A stretch of DNA of 64,000 nucleotides, from the NCBI GenBank assembly GCA_000004985.1, contig GG738923.1; one strand, 5' to 3'. This document shows positions 44,666 through 55,100 of the stretch, one piece after another. The DNA is from Naegleria gruberi. Its lineage: Eukaryota. Made by a program: the position numbers and the translations under genes. Every line of letters begins with the position of its first letter. Positions within the stretch are counted from its first letter, which is position 1. Below the pieces are notes generated by a model, which was not told where the DNA came from, did no database searches, and saw only the letters and a program-made list of their open reading frames with translations.

Positions 44666-47600
44666 GCATCTAGATCCTCTTCATCTTCATCAAAGGATAA
44701 TTCGGGTAGATTCTCTGAATTTGTTGCCCTCTGTAAAGACATTGAAGAGGTATCGGCTCACACTGAAAAGAGTCAAGTGATGAAGGAGTTTCTATCCGAT
44801 TTCAAGGGAGATGTTTATTTGTTGTATAAATTATTATTTGCAAAGGAAAATCAGAGAAAGTTTAATTTAAAAGATAAGAAACTTGTTGATGTTTGTGCAA
44901 GTGCATTCGGAGAAGATCTTGATGAAATGATTGATCACATGGATTCTAAAGGAGATGTTTCTGAAACTTTAAAGAAATATTTAGTGAGAAGTGATCATGC
45001 AAGAGATAAAGGAATTGTTACTTTGAAACAGGTTGATGATTTCCTTGAAGAATTAACACAATTATCAAAGAAAGAAGATCAAATTCGTGCTTTTAAGAAA
45101 TTTGTAAATGATAAGTTAACTGGAGATGAATTGAAATTTATATGTAGAATAATTTGTAAAGATTTAAAGATTAGAGCTGGACCAAAATATTTATTAGCAG
45201 CACTTCATTCTGATGCTTATCAATCCTATATTTTAACACATGATTTGAAACAAATTGTAAATGTTATAACTAGTGGAAGTGATTTAAAAAATTTATCAAT
45301 GACAGCTCAATCACTTTTAGATATTGATGCATTGATTAAAGATGCAGATAGTGATGATGAAGGTACAAATTTTGATATGATGAATATATCAGATGATGAA
45401 GATGATAAAAAGAAGAAATCATCCAAAGCAACTTCTTCCAATGATAAAAAGAAGACAATTGATAAAAAGAAGAGTAGTAAATCATCAGATAATTCTGATA
45501 AGGATGATGATTCTGGAGATGAAACAGATATTGGTGAAAATGTGGATGATATTGAGGAAAAACCTGAAGAACTTGTAGATGAAGAATCAGAGGATGATTC
45601 TAAAAAGAAAAAGAAGAATAAGAAGGCTCCTAAGAAGATTAAAATATCAACCAAGATGAAACTTTTCCATCCTGTCAAACCAATGCTTGCTCGTCCAAGT
45701 AAGACTTATGATGATGTTATTGCTCGTTGTCCAAATGGTTTTTATTCTGAACTTAAATATGATGGTGAAAGAATTCAAATTCACTATGATAGAAAAAATG
45801 ATGAAATCAAATATTTTAGTAGAAATTTGAAAGATGTTCAAGAGTATAAGATCAAATCTGTAAAAAAGTATATTTCTAAAGCTATTAAGGAAAAGGTTGA
45901 ATCTGTAATTTTAGATGGTGAAATTTTAATGATGGATACAAAGACAAATAAGATTCTTCCATTTGGTACACTTGGTAAAAATGTTAGACAAGATCACAAA
46001 GATGCTGTAACAACTATATTTTTATTTGATATATTGTATTATAATGGTAAATCACTCCTTTCAGTTCCTTTATATAAGAGAAAGGCATTAATGACTAAAA
46101 TTGTAAATCCAATCAAACATAGAGTAATGTTAGGTGAATATTTGGTTGTAAAGGGTTCAAAACAAACAAGAGAAGCTATTGTTTCTGCTGAAATGAGTGC
46201 AATGATTAAGAAGGGTGAAGAAGGTTTAGTGGTATGTATTATTTTCAAATTTATTATTAATTTTTTTATTAACAATTTTACATATTAGTTAAAAGATTTA
46301 TGTTCTCCATATGAACCTAATGCTAGACATTGGCTTAAAATGAAAAAAGATTACTTGAAAGGTATGGCAGATAGTGTAGATCTTGTTGTTCTAGGAGCTT
46401 ATCTTGGTACAGGTAGTAAAGGTGGTTTAATGTCTGTATTCATGATGGGTTCTTTTGACAAGAAATTAGGAAAGTGGAGAATTATTTGTAAATGTGGTAA
46501 CGGACACGATGATCAAACTATTGAAACATTGAATGAAGAATTGAAATCAAATATGAAAAGAATCAGTAAGGATCCTTCATTGGTTCCAGATGATATTGAT
46601 ATTCATACTAATGCTCTTGTACCTGATTTTATTGTTAAAGATCCAAAAAAGAGTGTTGTTTGGGAAATTCAAGGAGCTGAATTTTCAGTTTCCTCAAGAA
46701 AAGACAGACCAATTTCTGTCAGATTCCCTAGAGTTACAAAAATTAGAGATGATAAGGATGTTTTAGATCATACCAATTATCAAGAAATTATCAAATTGAA
46801 AAATGAAAGTAATAGAAAAGGTTTAGTGCCTATTTTTGGAGATGCTGATGCAGGAGATGATTCTGATGAAAGTGTAGATGTAAAAGATAAAAAGAAACGT
46901 TCCAGAGCTAAAAAATCAAAATCTGATGATGAAGAAGATGAATCAGATTCAAGCTCAAAGAAAAAGAAAAATTCAAGAAAGAAGAAGATAAATTCCTCAG
47001 ATGATGAAGATGATGAGGATGATAAAAAGTCAGCTAAAAAGGCTAATGATAAGAAAAAATCAAAATCCTCAGATAATTCTGATGGTGAAGATGATGATCC
47101 AAAAGCAAAGAAAGCTAAAAAGTCAACTATTGGTATCAAATTATCTGATATTGATACTATTAATGACTCTTCTACTCCAGAACAAATCTATTACATTTAT
47201 GGTGATTTTATGAAAATGCCAATGAATAAGGAAGAAAAACTAATTTCACATTGTGTAGATGACTCTAGTAGATGGTCAGATAAAGGATCAATGGGAAATA
47301 TTGAACTCTTGTATGGTGAAGATATTAAGAAGGCTTACACTGATGATATGAACATAATTGGTGATGCTCAAATTGTTGTAGCATTACCAAATCATTTATG
47401 TAATATGGTATGTCTTCAATTTGTCAAGAAAGGATCTGCACCAAAAGTTGACTATCATGCTTTGGATGAATGTTTAAAGAAATGTGCTACCTACATGAAT
47501 CAAAAAAAGATTGGTACATTCCATTTATATAGATTGCATCACGCCATTTCTGGTTTGGATTGGAATAGAGTTGAACAACTTTTGAAGGAAAATCTTTCAA

Positions 47601-47677
47601 ACAAGGGATTTGCTGTTTTCATCTATACAAAGGATAGAGATGATAAGGATAGAGTTAATGAATCAAAAAATAAGTTG
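44666..47677 (+). CDS. ATP-dependent DNA ligase I-like, with C-terminal macro (TARG1/OARD1-like) domain; truncated by assembly gap; 5' exon(s) uncertain
   Basis: The DNA-binding-domain similarity is RFSEFVALCKDIEEVSA... The adenylation motif I is ELKYDGERIQIHY and motif VI is FPRVTKIRDDKD. Intron: 46232-46288 (GTATGT...TAG). An upstream acceptor at 44665/44666 implies a further 5' exon. K/D/E/S low complexity lies at about 45340-45660 and about 46810-47110. The macro-like segment runs from about 47180 to the gap. Confidence 0.8.
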
Positions 47678-47727
47678 NNNNNNNNNNNNNNNNNNNNNNN
47701 NNNNNNNNNNNNNNNNNNNNNNNNNNN
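47678..47727. other. Assembly gap (50 N)
   Basis: It is a run of N. Confidence 1.
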
Positions 47728-48170
47728 CTGAAAAGAATGGTTAAATTGGTTGACTTTGGGTTGAGTTGTCAACCAACAGATTCACTAAGAAGGAACATAC
47801 ATTATTTTGTGGAAATAGTAATTATGCATGTCCTGAACTGTTACTAAAGAAGGCATATGGATCTGAAGTTGATGTCTATGCACTAGGAGTCCTTCTCTAT
47901 AAGATACTGTTTGGTTGTTTCCCATTTCGTGGAGCTCAACAGAAATTGCTCATGCACTTTACAGTCCCACTGAAGGATGATGTAAATGGAGATGATGCAA
48001 TGGGAAGTGATGATTGTGGTCAGAATATTTCGAAATGTTGTAAAGATTTGTTGCATAATATTTTGGAAGTCAATTGTGAAAAGAGATTTTCCATACAAGA
48101 TATCAAGAATCATCAATGGTACAAGATTGGAAAAACTCAGAAGGTGGATTTACTAGAAAGTCACGAATAA
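47728..48170 (+). CDS. Ser/Thr protein kinase C-terminal fragment (subdomains VII-XI), CAMK-like; frameshift near 47755-47845
   Basis: The frame from 47728 holds VKLVDFGLS (DFG). A second frame (ORF 47766..48170) holds FCGNSNYACPELL (APE) and DVYALGVLLYKILFGCFPF, ending HQWYK. The 5' part is lost in the gap. Confidence 0.65.
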
Positions 48171-48541
48171 ATATATAGCCAATGTTCAAGATTTCCAATC
48201 AATCTGTTAAATTCTTTCTTTCATTATATTTTACACACTTTATATTGTGAATCATTTCCACACATATATATGAGAATTGGAGAGATAACAGTTTGGATTG
48301 AAGAAGAGCTAATGATGCACATTTATTTTGATTCGAATTTTCAAAAAAGTTGCCTCAAATCATCACCATAATGGTCGTAGAAATTGTTTATTTCAAAGCT
48401 CACGAAGAGGTAATTATATTCCGCACATAATGATGGTTTACAATATTTATCACAAAATTGAAAAATAGGAATTATTGAATTATTGAAATTAATTGCACAA
48501 GTTGAATTGAATACCAATTAACTGGACTCGAAGGAGAATCG

Positions 48542-49024
48542 TGGAAAAATCATAAACCATTTACAAGATATGGTCAACTTCCCTACTTGAAAGTTTCAGA
48601 TGATTTTCATGTTTATCAAACATTGGCAATTGCCAGATATCTTGCTCAGGAAGGTAATTTATATCCTCTCAATGAAAGAAGGGATGCAACTCTCACTGAA
48701 GAAGTAGTTGCTTCCTTAAATGAAGTTTTGCTTGAATTCTTTAGAGTTTTCTATGAAATTTGCAATGAAACAGAGAAGGAAGAAGAATTGAAGAAATTTA
48801 AGGAAGGAACTTTGCAAAGAGTATTTAGTGGATTGAATAATTTATTGAATGGAACTAAGTGCGGATATTTCATTGAAGGAATGTTGACATGGGCTGATCT
48901 TTTTCTTTTGGAAATTGTATTAAATTTAGAAAGTGTTGGAATTGCAAATGAATATCAAAGATTGAAACAAATTTTGATGGAAAATGAGCAAGTTAAGATT
49001 CATTTGGAAACGAGAAGAAAATAA
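48542..49024 (+). CDS. Glutathione S-transferase, sigma/prostaglandin-D-synthase-like (3' exon; N-terminal exon(s) upstream, unresolved)
   Basis: The segment is WKNHKPFTRYGQLPYLKVSDDFHVYQTLAIARYLAQEGNLYP, followed by the GST C-terminal helical domain. An in-frame stop at 48503 shows the N-terminus must be spliced in. Confidence 0.6.
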   Translation, partial: WKNHKPFTRYGQLPYLKVSDDFHVYQTLAIARYLAQEGNLYPLNERRDATLTEEVVASLNEVLLEFFRVFYEICNETEKEEELKKFKEGTLQRVFSGLNNLLNGTKCGYFIEGMLTWADLFLLEIVLNLESVGIANEYQRLKQILMENEQVKIHLETRRK

Positions 49025-49121
49025 ACAATTTCATTAATCAAAATCTTTGATGTTGATATCATTCGAATGTTAAATAAGAATTGTAATCTCCAAGATATTC
49101 TCATAAAAAAACATAATTATA

Positions 49122-52100
49122 NNNNNNNNNNNNNNNNNNNNNNNNNNNNNNNNNNNNNNNNNNNNNNNNNNNNNNNNNNNNNNNNNNNNNNNNNNNNNNN
49201 NNNNNNNNNNNNNNNNNNNNNNNNNNNNNNNNNNNNNNNNNNNNNNNNNNNNNNNNNNNNNNNNNNNNNNNNNNNNNNNNNNNNNNNNNNNNNNNNNNNN
49301 NNNNNNNNNNNNNNNNNNNNNNNNNNNNNNNNNNNNNNNNNNNNNNNNNNNNNNNNNNNNNNNNNNNNNNNNNNNNNNNNNNNNNNNNNNNNNNNNNNNN
49401 NNNNNNNNNNNNNNNNNNNNNNNNNNNNNNNNNNNNNNNNNNNNNNNNNNNNNNNNNNNNNNNNNNNNNNNNNNNNNNNNNNNNNNNNNNNNNNNNNNNN
49501 NNNNNNNNNNNNNNNNNNNNNNNNNNNNNNNNNNNNNNNNNNNNNNNNNNNNNNNNNNNNNNNNNNNNNNNNNNNNNNNNNNNNNNNNNNNNNNNNNNNN
49601 NNNNNNNNNNNNNNNNNNNNNNNNNNNNNNNNNNNNNNNNNNNNNNNNNNNNNNNNNNNNNNNNNNNNNNNNNNNNNNNNNNNNNNNNNNNNNNNNNNNN
49701 NNNNNNNNNNNNNNNNNNNNNNNNNNNNNNNNNNNNNNNNNNNNNNNNNNNNNNNNNNNNNNNNNNNNNNNNNNNNNNNNNNNNNNNNNNNNNNNNNNNN
49801 NNNNNNNNNNNNNNNNNNNNNNNNNNNNNNNNNNNNNNNNNNNNNNNNNNNNNNNNNNNNNNNNNNNNNNNNNNNNNNNNNNNNNNNNNNNNNNNNNNNN
49901 NNNNNNNNNNNNNNNNNNNNNNNNNNNNNNNNNNNNNNNNNNNNNNNNNNNNNNNNNNNNNNNNNNNNNNNNNNNNNNNNNNNNNNNNNNNNNNNNNNNN
50001 NNNNNNNNNNNNNNNNNNNNNNNNNNNNNNNNNNNNNNNNNNNNNNNNNNNNNNNNNNNNNNNNNNNNNNNNNNNNNNNNNNNNNNNNNNNNNNNNNNNN
50101 NNNNNNNNNNNNNNNNNNNNNNNNNNNNNNNNNNNNNNNNNNNNNNNNNNNNNNNNNNNNNNNNNNNNNNNNNNNNNNNNNNNNNNNNNNNNNNNNNNNN
50201 NNNNNNNNNNNNNNNNNNNNNNNNNNNNNNNNNNNNNNNNNNNNNNNNNNNNNNNNNNNNNNNNNNNNNNNNNNNNNNNNNNNNNNNNNNNNNNNNNNNN
50301 NNNNNNNNNNNNNNNNNNNNNNNNNNNNNNNNNNNNNNNNNNNNNNNNNNNNNNNNNNNNNNNNNNNNNNNNNNNNNNNNNNNNNNNNNNNNNNNNNNNN
50401 NNNNNNNNNNNNNNNNNNNNNNNNNNNNNNNNNNNNNNNNNNNNNNNNNNNNNNNNNNNNNNNNNNNNNNNNNNNNNNNNNNNNNNNNNNNNNNNNNNNN
50501 NNNNNNNNNNNNNNNNNNNNNNNNNNNNNNNNNNNNNNNNNNNNNNNNNNNNNNNNNNNNNNNNNNNNNNNNNNNNNNNNNNNNNNNNNNNNNNNNNNNN
50601 NNNNNNNNNNNNNNNNNNNNNNNNNNNNNNNNNNNNNNNNNNNNNNNNNNNNNNNNNNNNNNNNNNNNNNNNNNNNNNNNNNNNNNNNNNNNNNNNNNNN
50701 NNNNNNNNNNNNNNNNNNNNNNNNNNNNNNNNNNNNNNNNNNNNNNNNNNNNNNNNNNNNNNNNNNNNNNNNNNNNNNNNNNNNNNNNNNNNNNNNNNNN
50801 NNNNNNNNNNNNNNNNNNNNNNNNNNNNNNNNNNNNNNNNNNNNNNNNNNNNNNNNNNNNNNNNNNNNNNNNNNNNNNNNNNNNNNNNNNNNNNNNNNNN
50901 NNNNNNNNNNNNNNNNNNNNNNNNNNNNNNNNNNNNNNNNNNNNNNNNNNNNNNNNNNNNNNNNNNNNNNNNNNNNNNNNNNNNNNNNNNNNNNNNNNNN
51001 NNNNNNNNNNNNNNNNNNNNNNNNNNNNNNNNNNNNNNNNNNNNNNNNNNNNNNNNNNNNNNNNNNNNNNNNNNNNNNNNNNNNNNNNNNNNNNNNNNNN
51101 NNNNNNNNNNNNNNNNNNNNNNNNNNNNNNNNNNNNNNNNNNNNNNNNNNNNNNNNNNNNNNNNNNNNNNNNNNNNNNNNNNNNNNNNNNNNNNNNNNNN
51201 NNNNNNNNNNNNNNNNNNNNNNNNNNNNNNNNNNNNNNNNNNNNNNNNNNNNNNNNNNNNNNNNNNNNNNNNNNNNNNNNNNNNNNNNNNNNNNNNNNNN
51301 NNNNNNNNNNNNNNNNNNNNNNNNNNNNNNNNNNNNNNNNNNNNNNNNNNNNNNNNNNNNNNNNNNNNNNNNNNNNNNNNNNNNNNNNNNNNNNNNNNNN
51401 NNNNNNNNNNNNNNNNNNNNNNNNNNNNNNNNNNNNNNNNNNNNNNNNNNNNNNNNNNNNNNNNNNNNNNNNNNNNNNNNNNNNNNNNNNNNNNNNNNNN
51501 NNNNNNNNNNNNNNNNNNNNNNNNNNNNNNNNNNNNNNNNNNNNNNNNNNNNNNNNNNNNNNNNNNNNNNNNNNNNNNNNNNNNNNNNNNNNNNNNNNNN
51601 NNNNNNNNNNNNNNNNNNNNNNNNNNNNNNNNNNNNNNNNNNNNNNNNNNNNNNNNNNNNNNNNNNNNNNNNNNNNNNNNNNNNNNNNNNNNNNNNNNNN
51701 NNNNNNNNNNNNNNNNNNNNNNNNNNNNNNNNNNNNNNNNNNNNNNNNNNNNNNNNNNNNNNNNNNNNNNNNNNNNNNNNNNNNNNNNNNNNNNNNNNNN
51801 NNNNNNNNNNNNNNNNNNNNNNNNNNNNNNNNNNNNNNNNNNNNNNNNNNNNNNNNNNNNNNNNNNNNNNNNNNNNNNNNNNNNNNNNNNNNNNNNNNNN
51901 NNNNNNNNNNNNNNNNNNNNNNNNNNNNNNNNNNNNNNNNNNNNNNNNNNNNNNNNNNNNNNNNNNNNNNNNNNNNNNNNNNNNNNNNNNNNNNNNNNNN
52001 NNNNNNNNNNNNNNNNNNNNNNNNNNNNNNNNNNNNNNNNNNNNNNNNNNNNNNNNNNNNNNNNNNNNNNNNNNNNNNNNNNNNNNNNNNNNNNNNNNNN

Positions 52101-55100
52101 NNNNNNNNNNNNNNNNNNNNNNNNNNNNNNNNNNNNNNNNNNNNNNNNNNNNNNNNNNNNNNNNNNNNNNNNNNNNNNNNNNNNNNNNNNNNNNNNNNNN
52201 NNNNNNNNNNNNNNNNNNNNNNNNNNNNNNNNNNNNNNNNNNNNNNNNNNNNNNNNNNNNNNNNNNNNNNNNNNNNNNNNNNNNNNNNNNNNNNNNNNNN
52301 NNNNNNNNNNNNNNNNNNNNNNNNNNNNNNNNNNNNNNNNNNNNNNNNNNNNNNNNNNNNNNNNNNNNNNNNNNNNNNNNNNNNNNNNNNNNNNNNNNNN
52401 NNNNNNNNNNNNNNNNNNNNNNNNNNNNNNNNNNNNNNNNNNNNNNNNNNNNNNNNNNNNNNNNNNNNNNNNNNNNNNNNNNNNNNNNNNNNNNNNNNNN
52501 NNNNNNNNNNNNNNNNNNNNNNNNNNNNNNNNNNNNNNNNNNNNNNNNNNNNNNNNNNNNNNNNNNNNNNNNNNNNNNNNNNNNNNNNNNNNNNNNNNNN
52601 NNNNNNNNNNNNNNNNNNNNNNNNNNNNNNNNNNNNNNNNNNNNNNNNNNNNNNNNNNNNNNNNNNNNNNNNNNNNNNNNNNNNNNNNNNNNNNNNNNNN
52701 NNNNNNNNNNNNNNNNNNNNNNNNNNNNNNNNNNNNNNNNNNNNNNNNNNNNNNNNNNNNNNNNNNNNNNNNNNNNNNNNNNNNNNNNNNNNNNNNNNNN
52801 NNNNNNNNNNNNNNNNNNNNNNNNNNNNNNNNNNNNNNNNNNNNNNNNNNNNNNNNNNNNNNNNNNNNNNNNNNNNNNNNNNNNNNNNNNNNNNNNNNNN
52901 NNNNNNNNNNNNNNNNNNNNNNNNNNNNNNNNNNNNNNNNNNNNNNNNNNNNNNNNNNNNNNNNNNNNNNNNNNNNNNNNNNNNNNNNNNNNNNNNNNNN
53001 NNNNNNNNNNNNNNNNNNNNNNNNNNNNNNNNNNNNNNNNNNNNNNNNNNNNNNNNNNNNNNNNNNNNNNNNNNNNNNNNNNNNNNNNNNNNNNNNNNNN
53101 NNNNNNNNNNNNNNNNNNNNNNNNNNNNNNNNNNNNNNNNNNNNNNNNNNNNNNNNNNNNNNNNNNNNNNNNNNNNNNNNNNNNNNNNNNNNNNNNNNNN
53201 NNNNNNNNNNNNNNNNNNNNNNNNNNNNNNNNNNNNNNNNNNNNNNNNNNNNNNNNNNNNNNNNNNNNNNNNNNNNNNNNNNNNNNNNNNNNNNNNNNNN
53301 NNNNNNNNNNNNNNNNNNNNNNNNNNNNNNNNNNNNNNNNNNNNNNNNNNNNNNNNNNNNNNNNNNNNNNNNNNNNNNNNNNNNNNNNNNNNNNNNNNNN
53401 NNNNNNNNNNNNNNNNNNNNNNNNNNNNNNNNNNNNNNNNNNNNNNNNNNNNNNNNNNNNNNNNNNNNNNNNNNNNNNNNNNNNNNNNNNNNNNNNNNNN
53501 NNNNNNNNNNNNNNNNNNNNNNNNNNNNNNNNNNNNNNNNNNNNNNNNNNNNNNNNNNNNNNNNNNNNNNNNNNNNNNNNNNNNNNNNNNNNNNNNNNNN
53601 NNNNNNNNNNNNNNNNNNNNNNNNNNNNNNNNNNNNNNNNNNNNNNNNNNNNNNNNNNNNNNNNNNNNNNNNNNNNNNNNNNNNNNNNNNNNNNNNNNNN
53701 NNNNNNNNNNNNNNNNNNNNNNNNNNNNNNNNNNNNNNNNNNNNNNNNNNNNNNNNNNNNNNNNNNNNNNNNNNNNNNNNNNNNNNNNNNNNNNNNNNNN
53801 NNNNNNNNNNNNNNNNNNNNNNNNNNNNNNNNNNNNNNNNNNNNNNNNNNNNNNNNNNNNNNNNNNNNNNNNNNNNNNNNNNNNNNNNNNNNNNNNNNNN
53901 NNNNNNNNNNNNNNNNNNNNNNNNNNNNNNNNNNNNNNNNNNNNNNNNNNNNNNNNNNNNNNNNNNNNNNNNNNNNNNNNNNNNNNNNNNNNNNNNNNNN
54001 NNNNNNNNNNNNNNNNNNNNNNNNNNNNNNNNNNNNNNNNNNNNNNNNNNNNNNNNNNNNNNNNNNNNNNNNNNNNNNNNNNNNNNNNNNNNNNNNNNNN
54101 NNNNNNNNNNNNNNNNNNNNNNNNNNNNNNNNNNNNNNNNNNNNNNNNNNNNNNNNNNNNNNNNNNNNNNNNNNNNNNNNNNNNNNNNNNNNNNNNNNNN
54201 NNNNNNNNNNNNNNNNNNNNNNNNNNNNNNNNNNNNNNNNNNNNNNNNNNNNNNNNNNNNNNNNNNNNNNNNNNNNNNNNNNNNNNNNNNNNNNNNNNNN
54301 NNNNNNNNNNNNNNNNNNNNNNNNNNNNNNNNNNNNNNNNNNNNNNNNNNNNNNNNNNNNNNNNNNNNNNNNNNNNNNNNNNNNNNNNNNNNNNNNNNNN
54401 NNNNNNNNNNNNNNNNNNNNNNNNNNNNNNNNNNNNNNNNNNNNNNNNNNNNNNNNNNNNNNNNNNNNNNNNNNNNNNNNNNNNNNNNNNNNNNNNNNNN
54501 NNNNNNNNNNNNNNNNNNNNNNNNNNNNNNNNNNNNNNNNNNNNNNNNNNNNNNNNNNNNNNNNNNNNNNNNNNNNNNNNNNNNNNNNNNNNNNNNNNNN
54601 NNNNNNNNNNNNNNNNNNNNNNNNNNNNNNNNNNNNNNNNNNNNNNNNNNNNNNNNNNNNNNNNNNNNNNNNNNNNNNNNNNNNNNNNNNNNNNNNNNNN
54701 NNNNNNNNNNNNNNNNNNNNNNNNNNNNNNNNNNNNNNNNNNNNNNNNNNNNNNNNNNNNNNNNNNNNNNNNNNNNNNNNNNNNNNNNNNNNNNNNNNNN
54801 NNNNNNNNNNNNNNNNNNNNNNNNNNNNNNNNNNNNNNNNNNNNNNNNNNNNNNNNNNNNNNNNNNNNNNNNNNNNNNNNNNNNNNNNNNNNNNNNNNNN
54901 NNNNNNNNNNNNNNNNNNNNNNNNNNNNNNNNNNNNNNNNNNNNNNNNNNNNNNNNNNNNNNNNNNNNNNNNNNNNNNNNNNNNNNNNNNNNNNNNNNNN
55001 NNNNNNNNNNNNNNNNNNNNNNNNNNNNNNNNNNNNNNNNNNNNNNNNNNNNNNNNNNNNNNNNNNNNNNNNNNNNNNNNNNNNNNNNNNNNNNNNNNNN

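Noticed and set aside
45340-47110. Long K/D/E/S-rich tracts in the ligase gene (antisense ORFs 45307..45678 and 46780..47139)
   Set aside because: These are in-frame low-complexity linkers of the ligase (NLS or acidic-patch-like), not separate genes or repeats of independent origin.
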